DNA of 64,000 bases from Actinomycetales bacterium (GCA_045807245.1 JBJMHS010000027.1:62001-126000), one strand, 5' to 3'; shown: positions 19,865-36,496, numbered from the stretch's first letter. A program made the numbers and translations. Notes: generated by a model not told the origin, from the letters alone.

Positions 19865-21436
19865 TTGGTGAGCACGTCGATGGCGCAGGGCGAGGTCGAT
19901 CTCTCGGCCGTCTGGACCAGCGCGCTGAACACCGTTTCGGACACGATGGGGGCCCAGCAGAACGCGTTCCTGCGGCTCGCCCGACTCGTGGGGCTGATCG
20001 ACAACACCGTGCTGCTCGCCGTACCCAATGACTTCACCAAGGGTGTGCTCGAGGAGCGGCTGGCCGCCCAGCTCACCGATGCGCTCAGTGACGAGCTCGG
20101 CCGCAACCTCCACCTCGCCATCACCGTCGACGCCAACCTGGCAGCCGGGATCAGCATCCCGGGCCCGAGCTTCGACACGTCGGCCGGCCCGGCCGACGTG
20201 TTCCAGGCCGCGGACCCAACGCGGGACGTGGTCGACCTGACCGCGACGTCAACGACCTCGATCACCTCACCGAGCTCGATGATCTCGGTGACCCCGGAGG
20301 CCCTCGACGAGTCCAGCGCGTCACTGCGGTCGCCGGTCGCGGACGACAGCGACACCTTCCGGCCGGGCCCGTCCGCAGGGCCGGCCACCGCGCTCGCCTC
20401 GCGCGAGTCCCGGCTGAACCCGAAGTACACCTTCGAGTCGTTCGTCATCGGCTCGAGCAACCGGTTCGCGCACGCGGCCGCCGTGGCCGTGGCCGAGGCG
20501 CCGGCCAAGGCGTACAACCCGCTGTTCGTCTACGGCGAGTCCGGACTGGGCAAGACCCACCTGTTGCACGCGATCGGCCACTACGCCCGCAACCTCTACC
20601 CCGGCGTACGGGTCCGCTACGTGAACTCCGAGGAGTTCACCAACGACTTCATCAACAGCATCCGCGACGACAAGGCGCAGGCGTTCCAGACTCGCTACCG
20701 CGAGATCGACGTGCTGCTGATCGACGACGTCCAGTTCCTGCAACGCGCAGAACGGACACAGGAGGAGTTCTTCCACACCTTCAACACCCTGCACAACGCC
20801 AACAAGCAGATCGTCATCACCTCGGACCTGCCGCCCAAGCAGCTGCAGGGCTTCGAGGAGCGCATGCGCAGCCGGTTCGAGTGGGGCCTCATCACGGACG
20901 TGCAGCCGCCCGACCTGGAGACCCGGATCGCGATCCTGCGCAAGAAGTCCGCGCACGAGAGGATCACGGCGACCGACGACGTGCTGGAGTTCATCGCCAG
21001 CAAGATCTCGACCAACATCCGCGAGCTCGAGGGCGCCCTGATCCGCGTGACGGCGTTCGCCAGCCTCAACCGGCAGCCGGTCGACATGAGCACCGCCGAG
21101 ATCGTGCTCAAGGACCTCATCGTCGACGACCATGCCCCCGAGATCACCGCGGCCCAGATCATGGGGCAGACGGCCGGCTACTTCGGTCTCACCATCGACG
21201 ACCTGTGCAGCGCCTCGCGCTCGCGGGTGCTCGTCAACGCCCGGCAGATCGCGATGTACCTGTGCCGCGAGCTCACCGAGCTCTCGCTGCCCAAGATCGG
21301 CCAGCAGTTCGGCGGCCGCGACCACACGACGGTCATGCACGCCGACCGCAAGATCCGGCAGATGATGAGCGAGCGCCGGAGCATCTACAACCAGGTCACC
21401 GAGCTGACGAACCGGATCAAGCAGCAGTCCCGTTGA
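19865..21436 (+). CDS. dnaA: Chromosomal replication initiator DnaA (start at 19865, 19868 or 19880)
   Basis: LNPKYTF, YNPLFVYGESGLGKTHL, LLIDDVQF, FGGRDHTTVMHA. Confidence 0.98.
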   Translation: MVSTSMAQGEVDLSAVWTSALNTVSDTMGAQQNAFLRLARLVGLIDNTVLLAVPNDFTKGVLEERLAAQLTDALSDELGRNLHLAITVDANLAAGISIPGPSFDTSAGPADVFQAADPTRDVVDLTATSTTSITSPSSMISVTPEALDESSASLRSPVADDSDTFRPGPSAGPATALASRESRLNPKYTFESFVIGSSNRFAHAAAVAVAEAPAKAYNPLFVYGESGLGKTHLLHAIGHYARNLYPGVRVRYVNSEEFTNDFINSIRDDKAQAFQTRYREIDVLLIDDVQFLQRAERTQEEFFHTFNTLHNANKQIVITSDLPPKQLQGFEERMRSRFEWGLITDVQPPDLETRIAILRKKSAHERITATDDVLEFIASKISTNIRELEGALIRVTAFASLNRQPVDMSTAEIVLKDLIVDDHAPEITAAQIMGQTAGYFGLTIDDLCSASRSRVLVNARQIAMYLCRELTELSLPKIGQQFGGRDHTTVMHADRKIRQMMSERRSIYNQVTELTNRIKQQSR

Positions 21437-21969
21437 CCGTGGGCCTCGGCGCTGAGGCCCGGGCCGGCCGACCTGAACGACCGTGGCCTGCAGGGTTTCC
21501 AGCGGGTTACGTACCGCTCACAGCTGTGGACAACTCTGTGGAGCGGGCCAACTCGCCTGCGTCCGGGTCCATCCGGTGATTTCCACCGCCCTTGTGGATA
21601 GCCGGTGGACGGACCGGGCCTGGCTGGGGACGACGGTGAACGACCGGGGTACGACGGGTGGACACCGGTTCGGGCCGGCTGCCGGCTGTGGTTCCGCGGG
21701 GGTGGTTACCCCCAGGTCGCCCACAGGCGAAACAGGCGCTGACCTGCGCAGACGATCAGGATCCACAGGTTCCACACGACCGAAGAAGACGATGACTCTT
21801 CCTCTGATGATGGAGTCGGCCGACAACGCCAGGCCCACAATGCGAGGCGGCGTATCGCAATGAGGGTGGCTGCGGATACTGTCGTTCCCCGCTCTGCGTA
21901 TGCGGAAGCTCGCGAAAGATCTCGGAAGGTTTCAGAAGATCTTGGAAGGTCCCGGAAGGACGGTGGCAC
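21437..21969. other. Replication origin oriC
   Basis: dnaA-dnaN intergenic region. Perfect actinobacterial DnaA box TGTGGACAA at 21525-21533, further boxes (TGTGGATAG 21593; GGATCCACA/GGTTCCACA 21759-21776), then DnaA-trio-like GAA GAA GAC GAT GAC. Confidence 0.9.
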
Positions 21970-23103
21970 GTGAAGTTCCAGGTTGAGCGAGACGCGCTCG
22001 CCGACGCTGTGACCTGGGCCGCCCGAGGCCTGCCGAACCGTCCGCCGGTGCCGGTGCTGGCCGGCGTCCTCGTCGAAGCCGACTCCGACGGCACCCTGAC
22101 CCTGTCGGCGTTCGACTACGAGGTCTCGGCGCGGGTCAGCGTCCCGGCCGACGTGAGCGAGCCGGGCCGGGTCCTGGTGTCCGGGCGCCTGCTGGCCGAC
22201 ATCGCCCGGAACCTGCCCGGGAAGCCGGTCGACGTGGTCACCGAGGGTACGAAGGTCAACCTGACCTGCGGAGCCACCCGCTTCGCCCTGCTGACCATGC
22301 CCGTGGAGGAGTACCCCACCCTGCCCTCGATGCCGGAAGCCTCCGGTCACATCGGCGGTGACGTCTTCAGCCAGGCGGTGGCCCAGGTGACCGTGGCGGC
22401 CGGCCGCGACGACACGCTCCCGATCCTGACCGGCGTACGGCTCGAGATCGAGGGCGACAAGATCACCCTCCTCGCCACGGACCGCTACCGGCTGGCGCAG
22501 CGCGAGCTGACCTGGTCGCCCGAGGCCACCGACGCCGCCGGCGTGGCCCTGATCCCCGCCCGGACGCTGTCCGAGACGGCCCGGGCGCTCGGCGCGACGG
22601 CCAGCGTGGAGCTGGCCCTGGGGCGCTCGGGTGCCGGCGACGGTCTGGTCGGTCTGGAGTCCGGCCAGCGCCGTACGACGTCCCGGCTGCTGGACGGTGA
22701 GTACCCGAAGGTGTCCTCGATCTTCCCCTCGACCTCGGACACCGATGCGGTCGTCGACACGGCCGTGCTGACCGAGGCGGTCAAGCGCGTCGCCCTGGTC
22801 GCCGAGCGCAACACCCCGGTCCGGCTGCGGTTCAGCGACGAGCAGGTTGTCATCGAGGCGGGCCAGGGGGACGATGCCCAGGCCAGCGAGGCGATCGAGG
22901 CGCACCTGCAGGGCGAGGAGATCGAGATCGCGTTCAACCCGCACTTCCTGCTCGACGGGCTGAGCGTGATCGGTACGCCGTTCGCGCGCCTGTCGTTCAC
23001 CCAGCCGAGCAAGCCGGCGGTGTTGCGGGGGCAGAGCGAGCTCGACGGCAGCGCCGACGACAGCTACCGCTACGTGCTGATGCCGGTCCGCCTGGCCGGC
23101 TGA
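21970..23103 (+). CDS. dnaN: DNA polymerase III beta sliding clamp
   Basis: AFDYEVS, ATDRYRLA, RLLDGEYP, IAFNP, YVLMPVR. Confidence 0.97.
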   Translation: MKFQVERDALADAVTWAARGLPNRPPVPVLAGVLVEADSDGTLTLSAFDYEVSARVSVPADVSEPGRVLVSGRLLADIARNLPGKPVDVVTEGTKVNLTCGATRFALLTMPVEEYPTLPSMPEASGHIGGDVFSQAVAQVTVAAGRDDTLPILTGVRLEIEGDKITLLATDRYRLAQRELTWSPEATDAAGVALIPARTLSETARALGATASVELALGRSGAGDGLVGLESGQRRTTSRLLDGEYPKVSSIFPSTSDTDAVVDTAVLTEAVKRVALVAERNTPVRLRFSDEQVVIEAGQGDDAQASEAIEAHLQGEEIEIAFNPHFLLDGLSVIGTPFARLSFTQPSKPAVLRGQSELDGSADDSYRYVLMPVRLAG

Positions 23104-23130
23104 GCCCTGCTCGGAAGCCGACGCGGGGCT

Positions 23131-23178
23131 GAGACGACGGAGACGACCCGAGACGACCCGAGACGACCCGAGACGACA
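23131..23178 (+). repeat. 10-bp tandem repeat (GAGACGACCC, about 5 copies)
   Basis: Directly visible in the dnaN-gnd spacer. Confidence 0.85.
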
Positions 23179-23204
23179 GGGAAGAACCACAGGGAGAGAT
23201 CGCC

Positions 23205-24134
23205 ATGCACATCGGACTCATCGGACTGGGCAAGATGGGCGGGAACATGCGGACCCGGTTGCGCCGGGCCGGGCATGAGGTCACCGGCTACGACCACCAC
23301 CCGGACATCTCGGACGTCGGCAGCCTCGAGGACATGGTTGCGGCGCTGCCCTCGCCCAAGGTCGTCTGGGTGATGGTGCCGGCTGGCGACCCGACCCTGG
23401 TGACGGTGGCCCAGCTCGCGAAGCTGCTCGGTGAGGGCGACCTGGTCATCGACGGCGGCAACTCCAAGTTCACCAACGACCAGGTCAACGCCGACCTGCT
23501 GGCCCAGAACGGCACCGGCTACCTGGACTGCGGCGTCTCTGGCGGTGTGTGGGGCCTGGACAACGGCTACGGCCTCATGGTCGGCGGCGACGCCGCTCAC
23601 GTGGACCTGGCCATGCCGATCTTCGACGCCCTCCGGCCGGAGGGGCCGCGCGAGGAGGGTTTCGTCCACGCCGGCCAGACCGGATCCGGGCACTACGCCA
23701 AGATGGTGCACAACGGCATCGAGTACGGGCTGATGCAGGCGTACGCCGAGGGGTACGAGCTGCTGGCGGCGAAGGACATCGTCGAGGACGTGCACGGCTG
23801 CTTCAAGGCCTGGACCCGCGGGACCGTCGTCCGGTCCTGGCTGCTCGACCTCCTGGTCAAGGGGCTGCAGGAGGACCCGGGCCTGGTCAAGATCAGTGGG
23901 TACGTCGACGACTCCGGCGAGGGCCGGTGGACCGTCGAGGAGGGCATCAACAACTCGGTGCCGATGCCGGTCATCGCGGCCTCGCTGTTCGCCCGGTTCA
24001 CCTCCCGACAGGACGACAGCCCGGCCATGAAGGCCGTCTCGGCGCTGCGGGCCCAGTTCGGCGGGCACGCGACCAAGGCCGCCGAGGCCGACACCGCGGG
24101 ACCGACGTCCGGCGCCGGCTCGACCCAGGAGTGA
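23205..24134 (+). CDS. gnd: 6-phosphogluconate dehydrogenase (decarboxylating, short type)
   Basis: [39 protein letters not shown]. Confidence 0.95.
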   Translation: MHIGLIGLGKMGGNMRTRLRRAGHEVTGYDHHPDISDVGSLEDMVAALPSPKVVWVMVPAGDPTLVTVAQLAKLLGEGDLVIDGGNSKFTNDQVNADLLAQNGTGYLDCGVSGGVWGLDNGYGLMVGGDAAHVDLAMPIFDALRPEGPREEGFVHAGQTGSGHYAKMVHNGIEYGLMQAYAEGYELLAAKDIVEDVHGCFKAWTRGTVVRSWLLDLLVKGLQEDPGLVKISGYVDDSGEGRWTVEEGINNSVPMPVIAASLFARFTSRQDDSPAMKAVSALRAQFGGHATKAAEADTAGPTSGAGSTQE

Positions 24135-24138
24135 GCCG

Positions 24139-25281
24139 CTGTACGTCGCGCATCTCTCGCTGACCGACTTCCGCAGCTACCCCGAGGTCGACCTGCCACT
24201 GTTGCCCGGGATCACTGCGTTCGTCGGGCCGAACGGGCAGGGCAAGACCAACCTGGTCGAGGCGATCGGGTACGTCGCGACGCTCGGCTCCCACCGGGTC
24301 TCGACCGACGCGCCGCTGGTCCGGTTCGGCTCACCCCGGGCGGTCGTGCGGTGCGGCGTCGTCCGGCACGGGCGGCAGACCCTCGTCGAGCTCGAGCTCA
24401 CGCCTGGCAAGGCCAACCGGGCCCGGCTGAACCGGTCGCCGGTGCCAAGGCCGCGCGAGGTGCTCGGCACGCTGTCGACGGTGCTGTTCGCACCCGAGGA
24501 CCTGGCCCTGGTCAAGGGTGACCCGTCCGAGCGGCGTCGCTTCCTGGACGAGCTGCTGGTCGCGCGCCAGCCGCGGATGGCCGGTGTGCGCTCGGACTAC
24601 GACCGGGTGCTCAAGCAGCGCAACGCCCTGCTCAAGTCGGCGGGCGCGACGATCAAGCGGGGCCAGGGCGATGTGCGGACGCTAGATGTGTGGGACTCCC
24701 ATCTCGCGACGGCGGGGGCCGAGCTGCTCGCGGCCCGGCTCGCCCTGGTCGCGGATCTCGCGCCGTACGTCGAGTCGGCCTACACCCAGGTCAGCGACAA
24801 CACCGGTCCGGCCGCCATCTCCTACCGCTCCAGCCTGACCGACCATGAAGAGCTGGGTAGCGCACTGGAGCCGGACCGGCAGGCCCTGGCCGAGCGGCTC
24901 CTGGCCACCATGGCGACGCTGCGCAAGAGCGAGCTGGAGCGCGGCATCTCGCTGGTCGGGCCGCACCGCGACGACCTGGTCCTCACGCTCGGGCCGATGC
25001 CGGCCAAGGGGTACGCCAGCCATGGCGAGTCGTGGTCCTTCGCGCTCGCGCTGCGGCTCGCGTCGTACGAGCTGTTGCGGTCCGACCTGGGGGAGGACCC
25101 CGTGCTCGTCCTGGACGACGTGTTCGCCGAGCTGGACACGGGCCGGCGCGAGCGGCTGGCCGCCCTGGTCGCCGACGCGGAGCAGGTGCTGGTCACCGCA
25201 GCCGTGCCGGCCGACGTACCGGCCGAGCTGAGCGGCGACCGGGTCGACGTGCTGGCCGGTGAGGTCCGCCGTGCCTCCTGA
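24139..25281 (+). CDS. recF: DNA replication/repair protein RecF (apparent CTG start)
   Basis: (L/M)[46 protein letters not shown] lies 7 nt before CTG at 24139. Confidence 0.95.
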   Translation: MYVAHLSLTDFRSYPEVDLPLLPGITAFVGPNGQGKTNLVEAIGYVATLGSHRVSTDAPLVRFGSPRAVVRCGVVRHGRQTLVELELTPGKANRARLNRSPVPRPREVLGTLSTVLFAPEDLALVKGDPSERRRFLDELLVARQPRMAGVRSDYDRVLKQRNALLKSAGATIKRGQGDVRTLDVWDSHLATAGAELLAARLALVADLAPYVESAYTQVSDNTGPAAISYRSSLTDHEELGSALEPDRQALAERLLATMATLRKSELERGISLVGPHRDDLVLTLGPMPAKGYASHGESWSFALALRLASYELLRSDLGEDPVLVLDDVFAELDTGRRERLAALVADAEQVLVTAAVPADVPAELSGDRVDVLAGEVRRAS

Positions 25282-25840
25282 GCGAGCTCCTGAGCCGCGG
25301 GACCGGGCCGGCGAGCCGGCCGGCGAGGCCGAGAGCGCCGCGCGCTCGGCGCTGGCGCGGGCCCGGGCGGCGGCGCGAGCGCGTGGGCTGCGCCCGGGGG
25401 TGTCCGCTGTGAACGCGGCCAAGCTGGCCCGGCGGCGAGCCCGGATCGCCGGCGAGGGCCGGTACAGCGCGGCCGGCATCGACGCCCGCGACCCCCAGCT
25501 GTTCGGCCAGACCCTGGACCGGATCGTCGGGGAACGCGGTTGGGGTTCCGAGGTCGCGGTCGGCGGTGTGATGGGGCGCTGGGACCAGGTGGTCGGCCCG
25601 GAGATGGCGGCGCACGTGACACCGGAGAGCTTCGACGACGGTGTGCTGAGGCTGCGGGCCGACTCCAGTGCCTGGGCGGTGCAGGTGCAGTACCTCGTGC
25701 CGACCCTGCTTCGCCGGCTCGCCGAGGACATCGGCGAGGGCACGGTCGAGCGGGTCGAGGTGGCCGGCCCGGTGGGGCCGAGCTGGCGCAAGGGGATGCG
25801 GCGGGTGCCGGGTCCGGGACCTCGCGACACCTACGGCTGA
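25271..25840 (+). CDS. DUF721/DciA family protein
   Basis: [20 protein letters not shown]-like SSAWA, GPRDTYG C-terminus; lies between recF and gyrB. Confidence 0.88.
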   Translation: MPPERAPEPRDRAGEPAGEAESAARSALARARAAARARGLRPGVSAVNAAKLARRRARIAGEGRYSAAGIDARDPQLFGQTLDRIVGERGWGSEVAVGGVMGRWDQVVGPEMAAHVTPESFDDGVLRLRADSSAWAVQVQYLVPTLLRRLAEDIGEGTVERVEVAGPVGPSWRKGMRRVPGPGPRDTYG

Positions 25841-25867
25841 GGGCTTTTCGACCCCCCGGGCGGGTAG

Positions 25868-28093
<2,226 letters not shown>

Positions 28094-28158
28094 CCGAGCC
28101 CGCGTGGCCCGGACCGACGCCGACGCCGTACGAAAAGCACTGACACCAAAGGACTGAC

Positions 28159-32154
<3,996 letters not shown>

Positions 32155-32156
32155 AC

Positions 32157-32852
32157 GTGACTGCAGCCAAGCAGCCATCGCCGATGGCCAAGGCGCTGTC
32201 CAAAGTCTCCGGGGCGATGAAGGGCCCCGAGACCGCGGACCACGCCTCGCCGGCGCCGGCTGCCTCAGCTCCGGCGTCCAACGGCGTACCGAGTGCCGCT
32301 GTCGCTGCTGCGTCCGCCCCGCCCGCACCGAGCGCGGCGCCCCCTGGGGCCAGCCCGGCGTATGGCGTCCCGCCAGCGGCCGGAGCGGCCGGAGCGGTCG
32401 GCGCGGCCGGTGCTGGTGCTGGGGCCGCCAGCGCTGCGACCAACGCGCGGAAGACGTCCGCGCCGCCACGCCCGGCGGCTCCGGTGCCGTCGGCTCGCCG
32501 AGTGCGGCTGACCGTCGCGCGGGTCGACCCGTGGTCGGTCATGAAGATCTCGTTCCTGGTCAGCGTCGCCATCGGGATCGCGTTCGTGGTCATGGTTGCG
32601 GTGCTCTGGCTGATCCTGGACGGGATGGGCGTGTTCTCCTCCCTGAACCGGACCATCGCCGACATCCAGGGGACGAGCAACGACTTCAACCTGATGGACT
32701 ACATCGCGCTCCCGCGCGTCATGTCCCTGTCGGTCGTCATCGGCGTCATCGACGTGATCCTGCTGACGGCGCTCTCCACGCTGGGCGCGTTCCTGTACAA
32801 CGTGTGCTCGAGCCTGGTCGGCGGCGTCCAGCTGACCCTCAGCGACGACTGA
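32157..32852 (+). CDS. DUF3566 transmembrane protein (Rv0007-like)
   Basis: RVDPWSVMKISF, LSTLGAFLYN..LVGG; conserved position after gyrA. Confidence 0.9.
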   Translation: MTAAKQPSPMAKALSKVSGAMKGPETADHASPAPAASAPASNGVPSAAVAAASAPPAPSAAPPGASPAYGVPPAAGAAGAVGAAGAGAGAASAATNARKTSAPPRPAAPVPSARRVRLTVARVDPWSVMKISFLVSVAIGIAFVVMVAVLWLILDGMGVFSSLNRTIADIQGTSNDFNLMDYIALPRVMSLSVVIGVIDVILLTALSTLGAFLYNVCSSLVGGVQLTLSDD

Positions 32853-32913
32853 CCCGTCGTACCCAACTGGTTTGGGTCGCGTCCGGCTCGGCCGGTAGTC
32901 TCGCCTCTGCTCG

Positions 32914-32987
32914 GGGCCTATAGCTCAGACGGTTAGAGCGCTTCCCTGATAAGGAAGAGGTCAGAGGTTCAAGTCCTCTTAGGCCCA
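32914..32987 (+). tRNA. tRNA-Ile(GAT)
   Basis: GGGCCTA/TAGGCCC acceptor stem, CTTCC-CTGATAA-GGAAG anticodon arm, GGTTCAAGTCC; CCA not encoded. Confidence 0.97.
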
Positions 32988-33108
32988 CACATGTCATCTT
33001 CGGCGATGCGGCGCACCCCCACGACTCTGCGCCTCCTCCCGGCCTAGCGTCGCGGCCCGATCCCGAGGAGAGCGCCCGCTATCGTGCTCGCAACCGGCTG
33101 GAGGCGCG

Positions 33109-33858
33109 ATGGCTACGACAGACGATGTGGTCGAGGAGACCCGGCCCGGCTTCCTGGCCTCGGCGCTGGCGGCCGCGCGGGGGCTGGCCCCGATCACGTT
33201 GGCCGGCGCGGTGCTCGGAGTCTTGGTCGGTGGCGTGGGTGGCCGGCTGGCGATGTTGCTCCTCGCCCGGCTCAACCCGGAGGCGACCGGCGTCACGAGT
33301 GACGACGGGTTCGTCATGGGGCAGTTCACGATGCGAAGCTCGCTGAACCTGCTGTTCGTCGGGCTCTTGGCCGGTCTGATCGGCGCGAGCGTGTACTACG
33401 TCGTCCGCGGTCTGCGCTTCGGGCCGCGGTGGTTCCAGATCGCGACGTTCGCGGTCGGTGCCGGTGTGGCGGTCGGCGCGCTGATCATCCATCCGGACGG
33501 CGTGGACTTCACGCTGTTGTCGCCGGCCTGGCTCGCGATCGCTCTGTTCGTCGCGATCCCGATGCTGTACGCCGCTCTGCTCACCGTGGTCGTCGAACGA
33601 GTCCTGGACGAGTCGTCGTGGTGGTGGCGGCTGCCGCGGGTCGCGCGGTATGCGCCAGTCGCGCTGCTCGGCCTCGTGCCGTTCCTCGTGCCGTTGCTCG
33701 CCCTCGCTTGGGTGTTCGGGTACCTGGTGAGGTCCTCGCCGTCCGGGCGGGCCGCGTTGCAACGGCCGCAGGCGATCTGGTTCGGCCGGCTGATCCTGGT
33801 CGGCTACTTCGGGCTCGCGCTGCGCGAGCTGGTCGCGGACACCGTCGAGATCGTCTGA
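33109..33858 (+). CDS. Hypothetical polytopic membrane protein
   Basis: RBS GGAGG; multiple hydrophobic helices; GC3-rich codons. Confidence 0.75.
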   Translation: MATTDDVVEETRPGFLASALAAARGLAPITLAGAVLGVLVGGVGGRLAMLLLARLNPEATGVTSDDGFVMGQFTMRSSLNLLFVGLLAGLIGASVYYVVRGLRFGPRWFQIATFAVGAGVAVGALIIHPDGVDFTLLSPAWLAIALFVAIPMLYAALLTVVVERVLDESSWWWRLPRVARYAPVALLGLVPFLVPLLALAWVFGYLVRSSPSGRAALQRPQAIWFGRLILVGYFGLALRELVADTVEIV

Positions 33859-33876
33859 GCCGACCGCCGTCCCGGC

Positions 33877-34779
33877 TCACGGGTAGCCGACGCCCGGCGC
33901 CGGGACGGGCGGGTCCCAGACGAGGACCTGGCCGCTGCGTGCGGCCAACATCGCGTCGACGTCTTCGACGCCGCGCCATTCGGACGCGAGCATGAACAGC
34001 GTGCGCCGGTCCGGGCCGCCGAGCGCGACCGAGTAGATCGGGCGGTCGTGCTGGATGCGCTGCAGGACCTCGCCGCCCTCGCGAACGCGCAGCACCTCGC
34101 CCCCGGGCGCGTCGTCGCGGCCGGTGAACAGCTGGACATCACGCGACTCCACCCAGATGGCGCCGTCCGCGTCGAGGCAGACGCTGTCCGGTCCCAGGCC
34201 GTCGCCCCAGACCCTGCGGTTCGTCAGGCCGCCGTCATCCTCGATGTCGAAGGCGGTCAGCCGGCCCGCGAATGACTCGGCGATGACCAGTGTCCGGTTG
34301 TCCGGCGTCACGACCATGCCGTTCGGGAACTCGATGCCGTCCGCGACCTGACGCACCTGGCCGTCCGGTGTGACGAGGGCGATGACGCCGGGCTTCGGTG
34401 GCTCACCGGCCATGAAGTTGAAGGTCATGCCGTTGACGTAGATGTTGCCCCGCCCGTCGACGACCAGCTCGTTCCAGCCGAGCGCGTCGACGCCGGACAG
34501 GTCGGCGTGCTGGGTCAGCGTGCCGTCCGGCTCGAGCCGAGCGAGCTCCTCGCCCGTCACGAGCAGGGTGCCGTCCGGCAGCCAGTCGATGGACCAGCCC
34601 AGGCGCTCGGGCCCGGCCGCGACGACCTCGGCGTGGCCTTCGAGGTCGACGGCGATGATCTCGCCGACTCCCCAGTGGGCGAACCACAGCCGGCCGTCGT
34701 GCCAGCGGGCCGACTCGCACATGGCGAGGCCGTCGAGCAGGACCCGGGGCTGGGTGATGGCGCTGGCGTCGTACGGCAT
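33877..34779 (-). CDS. SMP-30/gluconolactonase/LRE family protein
   Basis: ESARWHDGRLWF, NELVVD..GNIY, FPNGM, PDSVCLDADGAIW. Confidence 0.9.
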   Translation of the reverse strand: MPYDASAITQPRVLLDGLAMCESARWHDGRLWFAHWGVGEIIAVDLEGHAEVVAAGPERLGWSIDWLPDGTLLVTGEELARLEPDGTLTQHADLSGVDALGWNELVVDGRGNIYVNGMTFNFMAGEPPKPGVIALVTPDGQVRQVADGIEFPNGMVVTPDNRTLVIAESFAGRLTAFDIEDDGGLTNRRVWGDGLGPDSVCLDADGAIWVESRDVQLFTGRDDAPGGEVLRVREGGEVLQRIQHDRPIYSVALGGPDRRTLFMLASEWRGVEDVDAMLAARSGQVLVWDPPVPAPGVGYP

Positions 34780-34804
34780 GGCTTGTCGCCTCCTCGTTGG
34801 TGCA

Positions 34805-34857
34805 AACTAGACCGTCCAGTTCCCAACGCTAGCGCGCTAGAACTGGACTGTCCAGTA
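34805..34857. promoter_or_regulatory. Two palindromic TetR-type operators
   Basis: AACTAGAC-C-GTCCAGTT (34805-34821) and ACTGGAC-T-GTCCAGT (34842-34856) between the divergent lactonase and TetR genes. Confidence 0.7.
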
Positions 34858-34868
34858 CAGTTTCTCGC

Positions 34869-35513
34869 ATGGACCAGCCCCAGCACGCGCCCGAGCGCGA
34901 GGGGCGTTCGGCGTCCAAGCGGCGCGCGATCGTCGAGGCGGCGACCGAGGCCTTCCTGCGCAGCGGCTACCGCGGGACGAGCATGGACGAGATCGCCGCC
35001 GCCGCCGGGGTGTCCAAGCAGACGGTCTACAAACACTTCGCGGACAAGGAGCGCCTGTTCGCCGAGATCGTGCGAGCCCGGGTGGACGAGGCGAGTACGC
35101 CGGTCAGCGAGGGGGTGCGCGGCCTGAGGGACAGCGGGTCGCTGGAGGCGGACCTGCGCGAGCTCGCCCGGCGGCAGCTGGACCTGGTGATGCAACCGCG
35201 CATCCTGCAGCTGCGCCGGCTCGTGATCAGCGAGGCGGCACGCTTCCCCGAACTGGGCCGGACCTTCTACGAGCAGGGGGTCGAGCGGGCGGTGGCTGCC
35301 CTCGCGTCGACGTTCGAGGCGCTGGCGGCCCGGGGGTTGCTGGTGGTTCCGGACTCCAAGGTCGCGGCCACGCACTTCAACTGGCTGATCATGTCTGGCC
35401 CGATGAACCGGGCGATGCTGCTCGGTCTCGATGTGGCGCCGCCCGCCAAGGAGCTGGACCGCTGGGCCGACGAGGGCGTGCGAACCTTCCTCGCGGCGTA
35501 CGGCGCTCGCTGA
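34869..35513 (+). CDS. TetR/AcrR family transcriptional regulator
   Basis: TSMDEIAAAAGVSKQTVYKHFADKE HTH. Confidence 0.93.
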   Translation: MDQPQHAPEREGRSASKRRAIVEAATEAFLRSGYRGTSMDEIAAAAGVSKQTVYKHFADKERLFAEIVRARVDEASTPVSEGVRGLRDSGSLEADLRELARRQLDLVMQPRILQLRRLVISEAARFPELGRTFYEQGVERAVAALASTFEALAARGLLVVPDSKVAATHFNWLIMSGPMNRAMLLGLDVAPPAKELDRWADEGVRTFLAAYGAR

Positions 35514-35527
35514 CCGCGCGGCCGCGG

Positions 35528-36427
35528 CTAGCTTTGTGCGTTCCCGGTCCAGGGGCGCAGCTTCTCGGGGTTGCGGACGATGTAGATGCGCTTGATCCGG
35601 TCGCCCGCGAGCTCGAACGCCATGACGGTGAGGCCCAGATCGCCCTGCTTGACCACCAGACCGGGCTGACCGTTGACCGTGCGTTCCAGCATCGTTCCGG
35701 TCGGCCGATGCGTGGTGACGAGCTCGGCGAAGTGCGCGATGGCCTCGCGGCCGACGATGGGCTCGAGTGCGGCGGGCACCAGGCCGCCGCCGTCGGCGAC
35801 CACGATCGCGTCGGGGTCGAGCAGGTCGACGATCGCCTTGATGTCCTTGGTCTCCCAGGCGTGCTTGAACTCGCGGACGATGGCGGCCTGGCGGGCGGCC
35901 GGTGCGGGAGTCGACTGTGCTTCGTCGATGCGTCGGCGCGCGGACGAGGCGAGCTGGCGTGCGGCTGCCGCTGACCGGCCGGTGATCTCGGCGACGTCGG
36001 CGAAGGGGTAGCGGAAGACGTCGTGCAGGATGAACGCGACGCGCTCGGCCGGGGTCATGGAGTCGAGGACGACGAGGAAGGCCATGCTCACCGACTCGTC
36101 GAGGGTCACGCGGTCGGCCGGATCGGCGGCCGTGGCGCCCGGGTGGGCGTCCATCCACTCGGTGGGTTCGGGCAGGGGCTCGGGGAGCCACTCGCCGACG
36201 TACCGCTCGCGTCGGGCCCGGGCCGAGTTGAGCAGGTCGAGGCAGATGCGGCTGGTGACCGTGGTCAGCCAGGCGGCGGGGGTCTCGATCTGTGCTTGGC
36301 GTTCCTCGTCCATGGCGTACCAGCGGGCGTACGCCTCCTGGACGGCGTCCTCGGCTTCGGCCAGTGAGCCGAGGAACCGGTACGCCAGGTTGATCAGCCG
36401 GCGTCGTTCGCCGATGACCGTGGTCAC
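35528..36427 (-). CDS. sigJ: ECF41/SigJ-family sigma factor with SnoaL-like C-terminal domain
   Basis: AEAEDAVQEA, YVGEWLPEP, ADGGG, NPEKL signature motifs; likely GTG start at 36427. Confidence 0.9.
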   Translation of the reverse strand: MTTVIGERRRLINLAYRFLGSLAEAEDAVQEAYARWYAMDEERQAQIETPAAWLTTVTSRICLDLLNSARARRERYVGEWLPEPLPEPTEWMDAHPGATAADPADRVTLDESVSMAFLVVLDSMTPAERVAFILHDVFRYPFADVAEITGRSAAAARQLASSARRRIDEAQSTPAPAARQAAIVREFKHAWETKDIKAIVDLLDPDAIVVADGGGLVPAALEPIVGREAIAHFAELVTTHRPTGTMLERTVNGQPGLVVKQGDLGLTVMAFELAGDRIKRIYIVRNPEKLRPWTGNAQS

Positions 36428-36471
36428 TGCTGCATGCCTCCCGCGGTGGATCCTTGCGCTCCTGCCGGTCT

Positions 36472-36496
36472 GACGAAGCACCGGCGGGAAGTGTGA
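36472..36496 (-). promoter_or_regulatory. ECF41-type promoter upstream of sigJ
   Basis: Minus strand reads TCACA-N16-CGTC; the known ECF41 consensus is TGTCACA-N16-CGTC. Confidence 0.65.

Noticed and set aside
23131..23178. Short repeat arrays as possible CRISPR (also 21901-21960 and 53501-53535)
   Set aside because: Units are 10-12 bp with no unique spacers, and there are no cas genes.
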